In this document: piece by piece, positions 61,618-64,000 of the stretch | Layout: every line of letters begins with the position of its first letter | Numbering within the stretch: position 1 is the stretch's first letter | DNA from: Mizuhopecten yessoensis | Lineage: Eukaryota | NCBI RefSeq assembly: GCF_002113885.1 | Contig: NW_018408465.1 | Location: 3,371,898 to 3,435,897 of the forward strand | DNA length: 64,000 nucleotides | Reading direction: 5' to 3' | The notes under the pieces: generated by a model | The model's database searches: none | What the model saw: only the letters and a program-made list of their open reading frames with translations | What the model was told of the DNA's origin: nothing | Made by a program: the position numbers and the translations under genes

Positions 61618-63439
61618 CTAAGTGAGTGGAATAAAACTAATGTTAGTATTCAGTGTCACCATCCACAGCTGTAAAACAAACTAGAATCTACAACGGTAAT
61701 CTAATGTCATTCAAATTTTAATGTCTGAAAAATAAGCTTGAATTGACTACTCTTAAGCTGATCACTCAAAAATAAAAATCGTGAAGGGAAGCTACATACC
61801 ATACCAAAAATGTTTATTTACACATTACCAGCAATATCACGAACCATTATGGAAACTGTTTGTATTTCTTGTGAATCTCCGACAATTCAGGTGCTATTTT
61901 TATTGTCAACACTAACATTATCTTTCCTTTGTCATCTCAAGGTGTAAAGTTAAGTATAAGGTAAAGAGTACCATCAAGTCAGAATATTTCATTATCATTT
62001 ACACATCTATATATATATTCTAGATATAAATCTCGTCTTGTGATGCCTTTTACCGATTTTCAAATTTGAATATTTAAAAACTAACATAAAAAGCAAGAGA
62101 TAAATTGCAGGACTGAAATTTAAGACACATCCGCTGCAATTTGCAACTCCTACATTTCATCAATATTGCTATCAAGGAATTGTCAATGCATAGAATCAAA
62201 ATGAAAGATGAATACCTTGCCAAAGGAAGTAAATCGTAAGTTTTATCTTCTATCTATAAGGGAGAATACTCAAAGTAGAAAAAGAACAAAATGAATGGGG
62301 TTTTTTTGGCAATCGAAACAGGTGCATTGGTACCCTTTACCGTAAATAAAAGCTGCATGGGACGGATGGAAACGATGATGTGACGAGGGTCTGCCCCCAA
62401 GCTGTACACCAAACATCAATGTACCCTGACTTATCAAACTTACGATAGATCTTTGTCATTAGCTTTTTATTGAGCCACAGCCCTGGTCTAAACGGGTCCC
62501 TCTTTGGATTATTTGGTTTTGCTAAACCAATGAAATTCTTGGAAATATTACCTTTTATAACCTTTTATACAGTCTACATTATATACAAATTTTCATTTCA
62601 AAACTAATGGCAGACATCTGCATGGTGACATACGTATATACAGTTTCTACAAACATGGAACCATCAATAACAGTTTTTAAAATTTGATAAAATAGATATT
62701 TAATCAAACATTTAGAGTGTAAGAATATAAGAATATCATTTGAATATTTAAGATACAAATACAATGGTTTTAACAAATACAGTGAAATGTTGTTAATTTG
62801 AATATGTACATTTATTACCTATCTTTGGATGGTAACACAACATACATCTGTTTTTAACTCATTCACCCCTACATTTTTAAAGTGGACTTGCCCAGTCTTT
62901 CATTTGGTAAGGTTCAAGTGTGACTTTAGGGGTGAATGGGTTAATGAAACACGAAAACTGTTGTAACTTCGGGGTTCCAATAAACTGGTTTAAAATAACA
63001 TTAATATAAGTTTACCTCAAAAATGTCATTTTCATATAAAACATCAAATATTACCTGCAACGTTTCGGTAAAATTTATTTGAACTGACAACATTTCAGTG
63101 CACATACAATGATACACGACTTCTTATTACAAAGACAAACATGAACAACAACCTTTCATAAATAAAGTGTCACTATTATACAACATCCATTCAACATTCC
63201 AGATAAATAATCGTATCTGACAAAAACATAAAAATATATTCAAATTTGTAGCCGGATTCTAATGTCAGTATCAATGCTACTTTCCTAAATGAATACAGGC
63301 AGCTGGAGAGTGGATGATACGAGATCTTAGAAACAATCCCTGATTCAAAAGTGATCATAGCAGATAATAGTGAGAAAAGAGAGATTCCGATACAGTAAGT
63401 GTAGACTGAAATAGTCTAAGTAGAAGATGTTTGTCGTTG

Positions 63440-64000
63440 CTACGGAGTAACCTATGACATGTGATAGAATGTGATTGGGAGATGAAGCTTTTCATCTGTA
63501 CTCAGAAACCTGTGACATACTACACAATATGTGTGGGGTGTGACAGAGTGTGATTTGGGGATGATTTGTATCATCTGTATTCAGAAACCTGTGACATACT
63601 ACACAATAACTGAGGGGTGTGAAAGAGTGTGATTTGGGGATGATGTGTATCATCTGTACTGAGAAACCTGTGACATACCACACAATATGTGTGGGGTGAG
63701 ATAGAGTGTGATTGGGAGCCGATGTGTATCATCTGTATTCAGATACCTGTGACATACTACACATTATGTGTGGGATGTGAGAGGGGGATAATGTTCATCA
63801 TCTAGGCCCAGAAACCTGTGACATACTCCACAATAAGTGTGGGGTGTGTTAGAGTGTGATTGGGAGATGATGTGTATCATCTGTATTCAGAACCCTGTGA
63901 CATACTACACAATATGTGCGGGGTGTGATAGAGTGAGATTGGGAGACGATGTGTTTCATCTGTACTCAGAAACCTGTGACATACTACACAATATGTGTTG
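63440..64000. repeat. 79-bp tandem repeat running off the window end
   Basis: TCATCTGTA(C/T)TCAGAAACCTGTGACATACTACACAATATGTG period 79 (63492, 63571...). Confidence 0.92.

Noticed and set aside
63055-63083. Further NCKAP1 microexon candidates (29 nt here; also ~55064-55089 and ~59801-59812)
   Set aside because: Frame-shifting length or poor pyrimidine tract.

Overview
AT-rich, repeat-dense eukaryotic genomic DNA with GT-AG spliceosomal introns; the repeat types and one protein module suggest a mollusc, probably a bivalve (inference). Most ORF-track entries are spurious; the real genes were rebuilt exon by exon. There are four genes. (1) The 5' half of NAT10 (minus strand, 12 coding exons, running off the left edge). 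(2) A minus-strand type-I membrane protein: signal peptide, IgGFc-binding N-terminal domain, Ser/Thr stalk, CxCxxC/helix/'SAPDNRTSA'-TM tail. Its promoter and first exon are tandemly duplicated in a ~3.66-kb block. (3) A cysteine-free CD225/dispanin (IFITM/PRRT-like) gene on the plus strand. (4) The 3' part of NCKAP1/Nap1/Hem (minus strand, running off the right edge). Less obvious features: four frame-preserving candidate micro/cassette exons in the NCKAP1 introns; a 55-bp NAT10 intronic tandem repeat whose units are complete acceptor/27-nt in-frame exon/donor modules; a miniature LTR element with a tRNA-Thr-like pol III cassette inside its LTR; two clusters of degenerate minimal hammerhead ribozymes; oppositely oriented TTAA MITEs tightly flanking NCKAP1 exons; and a satellite built from RFX X-box motifs. 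MITEs, SINEs, a CR1-like LINE fragment, a mariner remnant and several satellites are also present. No CRISPR array, rRNA gene or true tRNA gene was found.
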